The notes beneath the pieces were generated by a model. It saw only the letters and a program-made list of their open reading frames with translations. It had not been told where the DNA came from and ran no database searches. From a virus (lineage: Duplodnaviria; Caudoviricetes): DNA of 58,600 nt. Position numbers and translations under genes: made by a program. Below are positions 45,351 through 54,904 of the stretch, one piece after another (position 1 is the stretch's first letter; every line of letters begins with the position of its first letter). The DNA is taken from positions 1-58,600 of IMG/VR virus record IMGVR_UViG_3300011114_000862. One strand, written 5' to 3'.

Positions 45351-45893
45351 ATGACTCAAACTCCCTGGACAAGACAGATAGAAAATAGAAATTTCTTATC
45401 TCCGGTAGGATTTAAATTTAATCTTACTAAAAAACCAAAAATAGATTTCTTTTGCAATTCTGCAAATATTCCTGGAATTAATATGGGAGTTGCGATGCAA
45501 CCAAATTACCTTAGACCACTACCAGTTCCAGGAGATATACTATCATATGAGGATTTAACAATACGATTTAATGTAGATGAAGATATGGTGAATTACTTGG
45601 AAGTTTATAATTGGTTGGTGCAATATGGATTTCCATTCAGTAGAACTCAATATCAATCACTATTAACTGAAGATACAATAAATCCAGGAACTCAGACTGC
45701 AATCTCAGGAATGTCCGATGCATCATTACTAATCTACACTAGTAATTACAATCCAAACATTGAAGTAAATTTTAAAGATATATTTCCAGTATCATTAAGT
45801 ACCATTAATTTCGATACAACTTTAACTGATATTAGATATGTAACTGCAGAAGCCACTTTCAAATATACCATATATGATATAATAAAACTATAA
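45351..45893 (+). CDS. gp3: Tail completion / tube terminator gp3
   Basis: NRNFLSPVGFKF, FFCNSANIPG, FNVDEDMVNY, FKDIFPVSLS. Confidence 0.85.
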   Translation: MTQTPWTRQIENRNFLSPVGFKFNLTKKPKIDFFCNSANIPGINMGVAMQPNYLRPLPVPGDILSYEDLTIRFNVDEDMVNYLEVYNWLVQYGFPFSRTQYQSLLTEDTINPGTQTAISGMSDASLLIYTSNYNPNIEVNFKDIFPVSLSTINFDTTLTDIRYVTAEATFKYTIYDIIKL

Positions 45894-45908
45894 CTCATTA
45901 CATTTTTT

Positions 45909-46337
45909 ATGAATATAAATGAAATTGAAAATCTTTGGGAAGAAGATTCAAAACTTGACCCAGATAATTTACATTTAGAAAGTCTAAAAATTCCATCATT
46001 ACATTCTAAATATCATAAAATATACAATAATTTAATACTTCTAAAAAAAATGGAGGATAATAAATTATCAGAACTGTCAAAGGAAAAGTGGTTATATTAT
46101 TCAGGAAAGGCATCAGTAGAAGTATATAAGGGAAATCCATTTGACCATAGAGTAATTAAACAGGATTTGGACAAATATTTAAGTTCAGATTTAGATTTAT
46201 TAAAACTCAAAACCAAAATCGATTACTATAATTTAATGATTGAATATTTGGAAAGTATTATAAAAACAATACATAATCGAACATTTGTTATAAAAAATGC
46301 AATAGATGTGATGAAATTTACTGCGGGATTTGACTAA
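45909..46337 (+). CDS. uvsY: Recombination mediator UvsY
   Basis: ESLKIPSLHSKY, KWLYYSGKA, RTFVIKNAI. Confidence 0.9.
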   Translation: MNINEIENLWEEDSKLDPDNLHLESLKIPSLHSKYHKIYNNLILLKKMEDNKLSELSKEKWLYYSGKASVEVYKGNPFDHRVIKQDLDKYLSSDLDLLKLKTKIDYYNLMIEYLESIIKTIHNRTFVIKNAIDVMKFTAGFD

Positions 46338-47818
46338 TGGAACCTAATGTTATCATTTCTAAAAAAAATGAAGCTTATCTAAAACTTACATGTGATCCTC
46401 ATATTTTATATGAATTGTCACCATACTTCACATTTGAAGTTCCAAGTGCCAAATTTATGAAAGGAAACAAATATAAAAGATGGGATGGGCAAATTCACCT
46501 ATTGAATGTTCATAATGGAGAGATTTATGTAGGTCTTCTTGATAAATTAATTGAGAAAATAAAATCACATGAATATACTTATGAATTTAAAGATAATAAA
46601 ATATATGGATTACCATATGAGGAAAATGAATTAATTTCATATGAAGGAGTAAAGGAGTATATGTCGTCTATTATTAATTCAAAATATACCCCTCGTGATT
46701 ATCAAATTGATGCAGTAACGGATGCATTAAAATATAATAGAAAGTTATTAATTTCACCTACATCTTCTGGAAAGAGTATGATGATTTATGCTATAACTAG
46801 ATATTATACTCATAAAAATTATAATACTTTAATTATTGTTCCAACGACTTCTTTAGTCGAACAGTTACATAAAGATTTTGAAGATTACGGATGGATTTCT
46901 GATGAGTATGTTCATAAAATATATTCAGGAAGGGAGAAAATAACTAATAAGCAAGTTACAATTTCTACATATCAGAGTATATACGATATGGAGAAAAGTT
47001 ACTTCAATAATTTTGATGTTGTAATTGTTGATGAAGCCCATCAAGCAAAAAGTAAATCTATAACTGGCATTTTAAACAAAATGTTAGATACTAAATATCG
47101 ATTTGGATTTACTGGAACATTAGATGGTTCTCAAACCAATAAGTGGGTCCTTGAAGGTCTTTTTGGTCCATCATATAAGGTAACTCGTACAGATGAGTTA
47201 ATGAGGCAGGGAAGCATCGCACAACTACAAATTGAAGTGATAATTCTACAGCATACTGGAAGAAATTTTCAAGAATATAATGATGAAATTGAATATTTAA
47301 TTTCACATGAAAAAAGAAATAATTTTATAAAAAATTTAGCATTAGATTTAAAAGGTAATACTCTAATTCTTTATAGTAGGGTAGAAACCCACGGTTGCAT
47401 ATTATATGAACTTATAAATAATGATGTATCAGATGAACGAAAAGTATTTTTTGTTCATGGTGGAGTTGATGCTGAAGAACGTGAAAAAATACGAGAAATT
47501 ACTGAGAATGAGACTAATGCTATCATTATTGCATCTTATGGTGTTTTCAGTACAGGAGTTTCCATCCGTAATCTACACAACTTGATTTTTGCAAGTCCTT
47601 CCAAATCCAGAATACGTAATCTTCAAAGTATTGGAAGAATTCTTAGAAAATCCAATACTAAAAATGAAGCAATATTATATGATATTTCAGATGATATAAC
47701 TTACAATTCCCGAAAGAATTATACATTAAAGCATCTAATAGAACGAATTAAAATATATACCGAAGAAAATTTCAATTACATAATACACAAAATTAATTTT
47801 AAAGATAAACATGGATGA
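46337..47818 (+). CDS. uvsW: SF2 helicase UvsW
   Basis: PRDYQ, SPTSSGKS, VDEAH, GFTGT, LQSIGRILR. Confidence 0.95.
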   Translation: MEPNVIISKKNEAYLKLTCDPHILYELSPYFTFEVPSAKFMKGNKYKRWDGQIHLLNVHNGEIYVGLLDKLIEKIKSHEYTYEFKDNKIYGLPYEENELISYEGVKEYMSSIINSKYTPRDYQIDAVTDALKYNRKLLISPTSSGKSMMIYAITRYYTHKNYNTLIIVPTTSLVEQLHKDFEDYGWISDEYVHKIYSGREKITNKQVTISTYQSIYDMEKSYFNNFDVVIVDEAHQAKSKSITGILNKMLDTKYRFGFTGTLDGSQTNKWVLEGLFGPSYKVTRTDELMRQGSIAQLQIEVIILQHTGRNFQEYNDEIEYLISHEKRNNFIKNLALDLKGNTLILYSRVETHGCILYELINNDVSDERKVFFVHGGVDAEEREKIREITENETNAIIIASYGVFSTGVSIRNLHNLIFASPSKSRIRNLQSIGRILRKSNTKNEAILYDISDDITYNSRKNYTLKHLIERIKIYTEENFNYIIHKINFKDKHG

Positions 47819-48239
47819 AGAATTTTATGCAGTATTAAAATTAGTATCTGGAGAGGAGATATTTTCAAAAATATCCTATGCAGATGAAGATGATAGAGTA
47901 TTGGTAATCTTAGATTATCCAATCACTATTGAAACAGTTGTTATTCCAAAAGTAAATGTTCCAGTTGCTAAAGTTCAACCTTGGATAAAATTATCGGAAG
48001 ACACAATGTATATAATGACATTAGATAAAATTATTACTATGACAGAATGTGATGATAATACTTTGATTAGGATGCATAAAAAATATGTAAAAGAATTCAA
48101 TAAACGATCTAATGGTATAGATGATACTAATGAGATTAAGATAACAGAGAATATGGGATATGTATCTACAGTATCTGATGCTAGAATATCTTTAGAAAAA
48201 CTTTATCATTCTTCAACTTCTAATAATACTTTTGAATAA
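47811..48239 (+). CDS. Hypothetical protein (Sm-like pattern)
   Basis: LKLVSGEEIFS pattern; lies between uvsW and gp55. Confidence 0.8.
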   Translation: MDEEFYAVLKLVSGEEIFSKISYADEDDRVLVILDYPITIETVVIPKVNVPVAKVQPWIKLSEDTMYIMTLDKIITMTECDDNTLIRMHKKYVKEFNKRSNGIDDTNEIKITENMGYVSTVSDARISLEKLYHSSTSNNTFE

Positions 48240-48247
48240 TTATAAAT

Positions 48248-48264
48248 CTTACCCTTCGGGTAAG
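48248..48264. other. cUUCGg tetraloop hairpin
   Basis: CTTACCC-TTCG-GGTAAG; no U-tract on the + strand. Confidence 0.7.
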
Positions 48265-48383
48265 TCCTACGGATTATCTTAAATTAAGATATTATACCAT
48301 AATAAGACGGCAACCAACCCAATGTTCCTACAGATTATCTAAGTTCTTTATTACTAAAGAAGTTTCTCAAACTCCACAGAAAT

Positions 48384-48412
48384 ATTTTAGTGAGGTTTAG
48401 GTAAATTGTCAA
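48384..48412 (-). promoter_or_regulatory. Antisense sigma70-type promoter
   Basis: Minus strand TTGACA (48412-48407), 17 nt, TAAAAT (48389-48384). Confidence 0.65.
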
Positions 48413-48437
48413 GAGTATAAATACTCAACTTTAAAAA

Positions 48438-48466
48438 TTGACTATAGGTGTTTGTAAGACTAGTAT
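48438..48466 (+). promoter_or_regulatory. Sigma70-type promoter for the gp55 operon
   Basis: TTGACT, 17 nt, TAGTAT. Confidence 0.7.
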
Positions 48467-48488
48467 TAATCAAAACTAAACATATAAA

Positions 48489-49901
48489 ATGAACAAAAAA
48501 CAAAAGAATATCCATTATGTAAATAATAAGGAATTCCATGAAGCATTAGTTGTCTATAAGAAAAAGATTGAAGATGCCAAAATAAAAGGACTCAATAAAC
48601 CAAAGATACCAAATTATCTTGGAGATTGTTTTTTAAAAATTGCTACTCACCTTTCATATCGTCCAAATTTTGTAAATTATATGTATCGTGACGACATGAT
48701 CAGTGATGGGGTAGAAAATTGTTTACATCGTTCAACTATTGTTCCAACAATTGAATATGGACCAGTTGAAATACAAACTCTTGTAGGGAAGGAAGCTACA
48801 GTTTGTTGTAAAGATGGGATGTGGAGGAAAGCCATAGGGAAGTCCTATGGAAAGCAAATGCTTTATGAGTATGGATTTGCTTCTTTTAATATTCCAGCAG
48901 ATGAAGTATTTTTAAAGGTAATTGCGACCGAAAATCATAGATGGTATGTAAAGAGCCGAAGAAATAATAAAAGAACTTTAGATAGACTTAATGTTGTAGT
49001 TGATGATTTAAGAATTGGAGATTGTTTAGAACATTCTCCCTCTGAAATTAATTTAGATAGAACCGGAGTTCTTCACGGATTATTATATGGAGATGGTTCA
49101 GGCCATAAGGATACAGTTTATGGAAATCCAGTTGCTATAACTCAAGGGTCAAAATACGCAAGAATAAGAGTATGTAAGCAAGATTTAGTTCAACAAGAAA
49201 TAATTGAATTACTTGAAGAGTTTGGATATCATCCAACATATCCAAAATCAGCTAATGGAGACCCTTGTTATTATCTTGGAAAACTCCCATATGTTAAGGA
49301 TTTACCATTCACAACAGACCCAGAATATATTGCTGGGTTTATTTACGGGTGGTGGTTAGCCGATGGAAGTAAAACCACTCTATCCAAGAGACTTCAAATT
49401 AGCACTTCAAATGAAAGTGCCGCACAGTGGTTGTTGGAATATTCGTGCTATGCTGGGTATCTTGTTATCGCACATAGAATAAAAGAAAGGTGTGCGGGGG
49501 ATGGTTCATATGAAAATGGAAAACCATTACACGTAATTACTTTAGCTAAACCTGAAGAATATGAAGCAAAGGTTAGATATATTAAAGAATATGGAGAAGA
49601 TGAAGTTTTTTGTTTAGAGGAACCTGAAACTAATAGTTTTGTTTTAGGAAATGGACTTCTGACGGGAAATTGTTTAACTTACATTCATAATTTTGACACT
49701 GAAAGAACTAATCCTTTTGCATATTTTACTCAAATTGTATATTATGCGTTTCTACGTCGTATAAGTAGAGAAAAGAAGCAAGTAGAGATTAAAGAAAAAC
49801 TTTTGGAAAGAAGTTCATTTGAAGAAGTTTTTACAGCAGATGAAAATTATAATGTTTCTGAATATAATGCTATTAAGGATGCTATACATTTAAAATATTA
49901 A
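48489..49901 (+). CDS. gp55: Late sigma factor gp55, intein-containing (153 aa after splicing)
   Basis: HYVNNKEF, CFLKIATHLSYRPNFVNY, DDMISDGVEN|CLTYIHNFD, NPFAYFTQIVYYAFLRRI. Confidence 0.95.
   Translation: MNKKQKNIHYVNNKEFHEALVVYKKKIEDAKIKGLNKPKIPNYLGDCFLKIATHLSYRPNFVNYMYRDDMISDGVENCLHRSTIVPTIEYGPVEIQTLVGKEATVCCKDGMWRKAIGKSYGKQMLYEYGFASFNIPADEVFLKVIATENHRWYVKSRRNNKRTLDRLNVVVDDLRIGDCLEHSPSEINLDRTGVLHGLLYGDGSGHKDTVYGNPVAITQGSKYARIRVCKQDLVQQEIIELLEEFGYHPTYPKSANGDPCYYLGKLPYVKDLPFTTDPEYIAGFIYGWWLADGSKTTLSKRLQISTSNESAAQWLLEYSCYAGYLVIAHRIKERCAGDGSYENGKPLHVITLAKPEEYEAKVRYIKEYGEDEVFCLEEPETNSFVLGNGLLTGNCLTYIHNFDTERTNPFAYFTQIVYYAFLRRISREKKQVEIKEKLLERSSFEEVFTADENYNVSEYNAIKDAIHLKY
48720..49670 (+). mobile_element. 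Intein with LAGLIDADG endonuclease in gp55, 317 aa
   Basis: CLHRSTIV start, ATENHRW, HGLLYGDG, GFIYGWWLADG, EVFCLEEP, NGLLTGN|C. Confidence 0.92.
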
Positions 49902-49916
49902 ATTTGGAAATATATT

Positions 49917-50966
49917 ATGCAAATAGGTTTGATAACAGATACTCATTTCTCTTTTAAAAAATCAAATAAAATATTTCATCAATACTTCAAGCAATTTTAT
50001 GATGAAATATTTTTTCCTACCTTAGAAGACCTACAAATACAATCTATAATACATTTGGGGGATGCTTTTGATAATCGTAAGGGGGTGGATTACTGGGGAC
50101 TAGAGTGGGCACAGAGAGTGGTTTATGATAGACTTCAGGATATGAATATTGAAGTCTATCAGATTGGTGGAAATCATGATTGCTCATATAAAGACACTAA
50201 TAAAATTAATGCTATTGATACTTTATTGAGAGATTATGATAATGTTATAAAAATTACTGAACCCAAAGAAATGATAATTGGAAATACTGCTTCAGTTATG
50301 GTTCCTTGGATTTGTAAAGAAAATGAAGAACGAACATTTAATTTATTAGAAAATTCTCAAGCTAGAGTTGTATTTGGTCATTTAGAACTTACGGGATTTA
50401 CTTTATTTCCAGGGCAAGTTCAAAATCATGGAATGAGTGTTGAAAAATTTAAAAAATTTGACAGAGTATTTTCTGGGCATTATCATACTCGCAGTACTGA
50501 TGGTAAAGTTTTCTATCTTGGAAATCCATATCAGATGTTTTGGTCAGATGTTGATGATGTTAGAGGATTTCATATATTTGATACTGAGACATATGAACTT
50601 AAATTTATAAAAAATCCATATAATATATTTGAAAGAATTTATTATTCTGATACTGTGGATACTGATTTTGATTTTTCTATAGTTGAGAATAAAATAGTAA
50701 AAGTTGTAGTAAAAGAAAGAAATAATCAAATAAAATATGATAAATTTATTTCTGAAATTCTAAAGAAAAATATTATTGATCTAAAAGTAGTTGAGATTAT
50801 TGATATAAATCAAAATAAAGTTGATCTTACTGAGGATGATGGTGAGGATACATTAAGTACTTTGGATAAATATTTGGAAAAAGTAGAAATTAATTTAGAT
50901 AAAACTATGATTAAAAAAATACTTCATGATACCTATAAAGAAGCTTTGGAGTTGGAGATGTCGTAG
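49917..50966 (+). CDS. gp47: Recombination nuclease gp47 (Mre11/SbcD-like)
   Basis: ITDTHF, HLGDAFD, GNHD, FGHLE, FSGHYH. Confidence 0.95.
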   Translation: MQIGLITDTHFSFKKSNKIFHQYFKQFYDEIFFPTLEDLQIQSIIHLGDAFDNRKGVDYWGLEWAQRVVYDRLQDMNIEVYQIGGNHDCSYKDTNKINAIDTLLRDYDNVIKITEPKEMIIGNTASVMVPWICKENEERTFNLLENSQARVVFGHLELTGFTLFPGQVQNHGMSVEKFKKFDRVFSGHYHTRSTDGKVFYLGNPYQMFWSDVDDVRGFHIFDTETYELKFIKNPYNIFERIYYSDTVDTDFDFSIVENKIVKVVVKERNNQIKYDKFISEILKKNIIDLKVVEIIDINQNKVDLTEDDGEDTLSTLDKYLEKVEINLDKTMIKKILHDTYKEALELEMS

Positions 50967-51251
50967 ATGTACATGTTATCACTATCGGAGAAGTCTGAAG
51001 AGGGAGCCTTTGCGATTATTGATTGTGATGGTGAGAAAGTTTTAGTCTTTTTTGAGGAAGAGGAAGATGCGGAAAGATATGGGGGACTTCTAGAAGCTGA
51101 TGGATATCCAGAAATGGAAGTGGTAGAAGTTAATGATGAAAATGCTGTTAAAACTTGCGAATTGTATAATTACAATTATACTGTAGTGAAATCTGATTAC
51201 CTTGTAATACCACCTAAAGAAGATGTTGCTTTTTCAAAAAATAAAATTTAA
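50967..51251 (+). CDS. Small acidic hypothetical protein
   Basis: FFEEEEDAERYGGLLEA; lies between gp47 and gp46. Confidence 0.8.
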   Translation: MYMLSLSEKSEEGAFAIIDCDGEKVLVFFEEEEDAERYGGLLEADGYPEMEVVEVNDENAVKTCELYNYNYTVVKSDYLVIPPKEDVAFSKNKI

Positions 51252-52935
51252 AAATTTTCTAAGTACTGGGCATCAAATTACAGAGGTAAACTTTGTAGAT
51301 AGTAGAACTACTTTGATAAAAGGAACTAATGGTGAGGGTAAGAGTTCTATATTTTCTGCGTTAATTTTTTCACTTTATGGTAAATCTAATCGTAAAACAA
51401 ATAAAATTCAATTAGTAAATAGTGTAAATAAAAAAGATTGTTTGGTAGAAGTTGAGTTTGAAACTAGAGGATCACAATATAAAATTGTACGGGGAATTTC
51501 TCCAAATATTTTTGAAATTTGGATTGATGGTAAATTACAAAATCAAGATGCAAATAGTAAAGATCAACAAAAATTTTTAGAAGAGAATATTTTAAAAATG
51601 TCTATGAAGACATTTAATCAAGTTGTATTATTGGGAAGTAATAATTTTATTCCATTTATGCAACTTTCAGCACAAGATAGAAGGGATTTGGTGGAGGAAT
51701 TATTAGATATTAAAATTTTTTCAACCATGAATAATATCTTAAAAGAAAAAATAAAAAATATTGAAAGAAAGTTAAATGAAAATATAATTAATAAATCTAC
51801 TATTCAAGATAAAATTGAAATGCAGACTGAGTTTATTAAAACACTCACAAATAATAGTGAAGAAATTATTCAAAATTATAGAAATAAAATTGATGATATT
51901 GAAAATGAGATAGATTTGTTGAATTCATTGAATGGGGATATGGCATCATCTATTAATGATGAGAGAGTTAAATTAGATGAGATTTCATTTTCTGAAAAAA
52001 AATTAAAGCAATTATCTGGAATTTCTGGAAAGTTGGAGATGAAGACTTCATTTCTTCAAGAAGAAGTAGATTTCTTTAATAAAAATGAGATATGTCCAAC
52101 TTGTAAGCAAAATTTACAAGTTGAATTTAGAAATGAAAAAGTTAAATATCTTGAAAATGAACTTCAAAATTTAGAAAATGGATTTCTTGAACTCCAAACT
52201 GCTATTAAGGATGAGGAGGAACGAGAGAATGTGGTTAAAGATATAACATCTAAAATTTCTAAAATAACTACTAAAATAACTACAAATAATTCTCAAATTT
52301 CTCAATATTCTAGGCAGAGGAAATCTTTAGAAAATGAGATTGATGAACTTACGGATAAAATAAAAAATCAAAGTGTAGAGAAAAAAATTCTCAGTAAATT
52401 GATAAAAGATGACAATAAATTAGACAAAGAATTATTGAAATGTAAAGAAGCAATTCAATATTTTGAATTTTCTCATATTTTAATGAAAGATAATGGTATT
52501 AAATCTAAAATTATGGAAAAATATATTCCATTAATTAATCAAAAAATTAATACTTATCTTCAAATGATGGATTTTTATATTAATTTTACTTTAGATGGAG
52601 AGTTTAAGGAAACTATTAGAACACCAATTCATGAAGATTTTACATATAGTTCTTTCAGTGAAGGGGAGAAGTCTAGAATAAATCTAAGTCTTATTTTATG
52701 TTGGAGAGAAATTGCAAGAATGAAAAATTCAGTTAACTGTAATTTGATATTATTTGATGAAACTTTAGATAGTTCTTTAGACCAATCTGGAATTAGTGAT
52801 TTTCTTAGAATTATCAATCATGTGATAGTTGATGCTAATGTTTTTGTAATTTCTCATCGTGATGGATTTGAAGATAATTTTGATAAAATATTAGAAGTTA
52901 AAAAAGTAAATGGATTTTCTAAAATTTTTACTTGA
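51223..52935 (+). CDS. gp46: Recombination ATPase gp46 (Rad50/SbcC-like)
   Basis: GTNGEGKS, zinc hook CPTC, FSEGEK, LFDE, ISH. Confidence 0.95.
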   Translation: MLLFQKIKFKNFLSTGHQITEVNFVDSRTTLIKGTNGEGKSSIFSALIFSLYGKSNRKTNKIQLVNSVNKKDCLVEVEFETRGSQYKIVRGISPNIFEIWIDGKLQNQDANSKDQQKFLEENILKMSMKTFNQVVLLGSNNFIPFMQLSAQDRRDLVEELLDIKIFSTMNNILKEKIKNIERKLNENIINKSTIQDKIEMQTEFIKTLTNNSEEIIQNYRNKIDDIENEIDLLNSLNGDMASSINDERVKLDEISFSEKKLKQLSGISGKLEMKTSFLQEEVDFFNKNEICPTCKQNLQVEFRNEKVKYLENELQNLENGFLELQTAIKDEEERENVVKDITSKISKITTKITTNNSQISQYSRQRKSLENEIDELTDKIKNQSVEKKILSKLIKDDNKLDKELLKCKEAIQYFEFSHILMKDNGIKSKIMEKYIPLINQKINTYLQMMDFYINFTLDGEFKETIRTPIHEDFTYSSFSEGEKSRINLSLILCWREIARMKNSVNCNLILFDETLDSSLDQSGISDFLRIINHVIVDANVFVISHRDGFEDNFDKILEVKKVNGFSKIFT

Positions 52936-52960
52936 CTTTTTTGAAAATATAGACTATATT
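52932..52960 (+). promoter_or_regulatory. Sigma70-type promoter for the clamp / clamp-loader cluster
   Basis: TTGACT, 17 nt, TATATT. Confidence 0.65.
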
Positions 52961-52991
52961 GTGATTTGAAATTATCTCGTGATTTACAAAT

Positions 52992-53513
52992 ATGTCTGAA
53001 ATTCCAGAAAAGTCAAGAAAAATTAATGATTACAGTATAAATTCCTCTGATGCAGTAACATTTATTGGAAGTAATCTTCCTGGGGGTTCGTATAATAATT
53101 ATTGGGATGATGATGGGTTTAGTTGGACTGGAAATCCATATGCATATTCTTCTGATAATGTAGTATTCAACCCTACATCAGAAGTTAAAGTACAGGATAC
53201 TTCTAAGAATACTAATGGTTTCTGGAAGTATAGTGAAGATGAGACTTTAAAGGTAGTGGAACAATACCTCTCAAGTACTTATCATGGTCATTATACTTCG
53301 GAAAATTCTAAAGTTCAGGTTCTTGATATTATTGAAGCAATTGGAGATGGTGTTCCATTTTGTCGGGATAATCTAATTAAGTATTCTTCCCGTTTTGGTA
53401 AGAAAAACGGAACATCTAAACTTGACGCACTAAAGATTATCCACTACGCTATTCTTCTATACCATTTCTCTGGATTTCATACCGAAACTAAAAATAATAA
53501 TGAAACTTACTGA
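52992..53513 (+). CDS. Hypothetical protein (DUF3310-like C-terminus)
   Basis: WKYSED..TYHGHY, KYSSRFGKK, DALKIIHYAILL. Confidence 0.8.
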   Translation: MSEIPEKSRKINDYSINSSDAVTFIGSNLPGGSYNNYWDDDGFSWTGNPYAYSSDNVVFNPTSEVKVQDTSKNTNGFWKYSEDETLKVVEQYLSSTYHGHYTSENSKVQVLDIIEAIGDGVPFCRDNLIKYSSRFGKKNGTSKLDALKIIHYAILLYHFSGFHTETKNNNETY

Positions 53514-54168
53514 AAACACTATATCAATTTTAAAGAATTTTGCATCTATTAATCCAAGTATATATATCCGTAAAGGTAATATTATTCGTACTATTGCTAT
53601 GTCTGGACATATTGCAGCATCTGCAAAAGTTTCCGAAAAATTTGAAACCGAATTTGCTATTTATGATTTAAATCAGTTTCTAAATGGACTGAAGTTATAT
53701 GATAATCCACAATTAGAATTCTCAGATAATAACTATGTTTTAGTGAAGCAAGGTTCTCATACCATTAAATATTTTCTTACTGAACCCGAATTAATTTTTT
53801 CATCAGAAGATCGAGATATTATTCTTCCATCTAAAGATGTAAAGTTCCAAATTGAAGAACTTGAGTTTGATAAACTCATTCGATCTTCTGCTGTTTTAGG
53901 ATTACCCGATCTTTCAATTATTGGTGAAGACGGAGTTATAAAACTCATTGTTAGGCAGAAGGAAAATGTAACTTCAAATAAAGTCTCAATTGAAGTTGGT
54001 GAGACTGATGAGGACTTTTCTTTAAATTTTAAGATTGAAAATTTAAAGATTATACCTGGATCATATGAAGTAATTATTTCTAGAGAGTTACTGGCGCAAT
54101 TTACAAATAAAAATATAGATTTAACTTATTTTATTGGTCTTGAAAGTGATAGTTCCTTTACATCTTAA
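53500..54168 (+). CDS. gp45: Sliding clamp gp45
   Basis: MKLTENTISILKNFASIN, FAIYDLNQFL, FKIENLKIIPGSY, YFIGLE. Confidence 0.95.
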   Translation: MKLTENTISILKNFASINPSIYIRKGNIIRTIAMSGHIAASAKVSEKFETEFAIYDLNQFLNGLKLYDNPQLEFSDNNYVLVKQGSHTIKYFLTEPELIFSSEDRDIILPSKDVKFQIEELEFDKLIRSSAVLGLPDLSIIGEDGVIKLIVRQKENVTSNKVSIEVGETDEDFSLNFKIENLKIIPGSYEVIISRELLAQFTNKNIDLTYFIGLESDSSFTS

Positions 54169-54177
54169 TTTTATATT

Positions 54178-54378
54178 ATGACTGAAAGAGCACAGAAAGT
54201 GATGAGTGAAATTTGGGATGCAAGAAATACTACTTGTGATACTGAACAAAAACTTGTAGCAACAATACTTCGGATTACAAGTGAAAATATAATTTTCTAT
54301 AATACCCAGAATAATTTGGTAGTATTATGTAAAGAAGATTTATTAAATCTTGCTAATGAATTAGAGGAAATTTCTTGA
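54178..54378 (+). CDS. Hypothetical protein, 66 aa
   Basis: ORF fills the gap in the operon. Confidence 0.7.
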   Translation: MTERAQKVMSEIWDARNTTCDTEQKLVATILRITSENIIFYNTQNNLVVLCKEDLLNLANELEEIS

Positions 54379-54902
54379 ATATATTCGTTGTCGATAAATG
54401 TCCCGCAAAGTCTGCTCAGCAACTACCTGATAGATATACCGTGAAGATGCCTGTAGAGACGGCACAAATGGTCTCCATCATATATTCTAAGTGGTACTAT
54501 GATTGGGGAACTATTTCTAAGAAAGATGGTTCTCCATATAATACCAAAAAAGGTTCTCATAGAAATCATCCCTGCACCAAATGGGCTGCAGATAATCACT
54601 ACAATCTTGCCTGGTTGATTGCACACGGAATACATTTATGCTTTGAGTACGAACATAGGTATCAGAAACGACACTCTTGTTTGAATACTATGGAAGAAGC
54701 AATGGTAATCTTTCATAATAATGCTAAGATTTCCATTGCCGAACATATCAATGTAAAAGAATTTGTTCGTGCTATGCCAGATGAATATAAACTTGATAAT
54801 ACTATTGATACCTTTACTGCTTATAAGATGTATGTTGCATCTAAACCTTGGGTGTGTGATAATTATCTTCGCCGTCCAGAAACTAAACCTGATTGGATTT
54901 AA
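54375..54902 (+). CDS. Pyrimidine-dimer DNA glycosylase / DenV-like protein
   Basis: MNIFV, VKMPVETAQM, HRNHPCTKW, EYEHRY, AMPDEYK; TTG start. Confidence 0.75.
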   Translation: MNIFVVDKCPAKSAQQLPDRYTVKMPVETAQMVSIIYSKWYYDWGTISKKDGSPYNTKKGSHRNHPCTKWAADNHYNLAWLIAHGIHLCFEYEHRYQKRHSCLNTMEEAMVIFHNNAKISIAEHINVKEFVRAMPDEYKLDNTIDTFTAYKMYVASKPWVCDNYLRRPETKPDWI

Positions 54903-54904
54903 TT

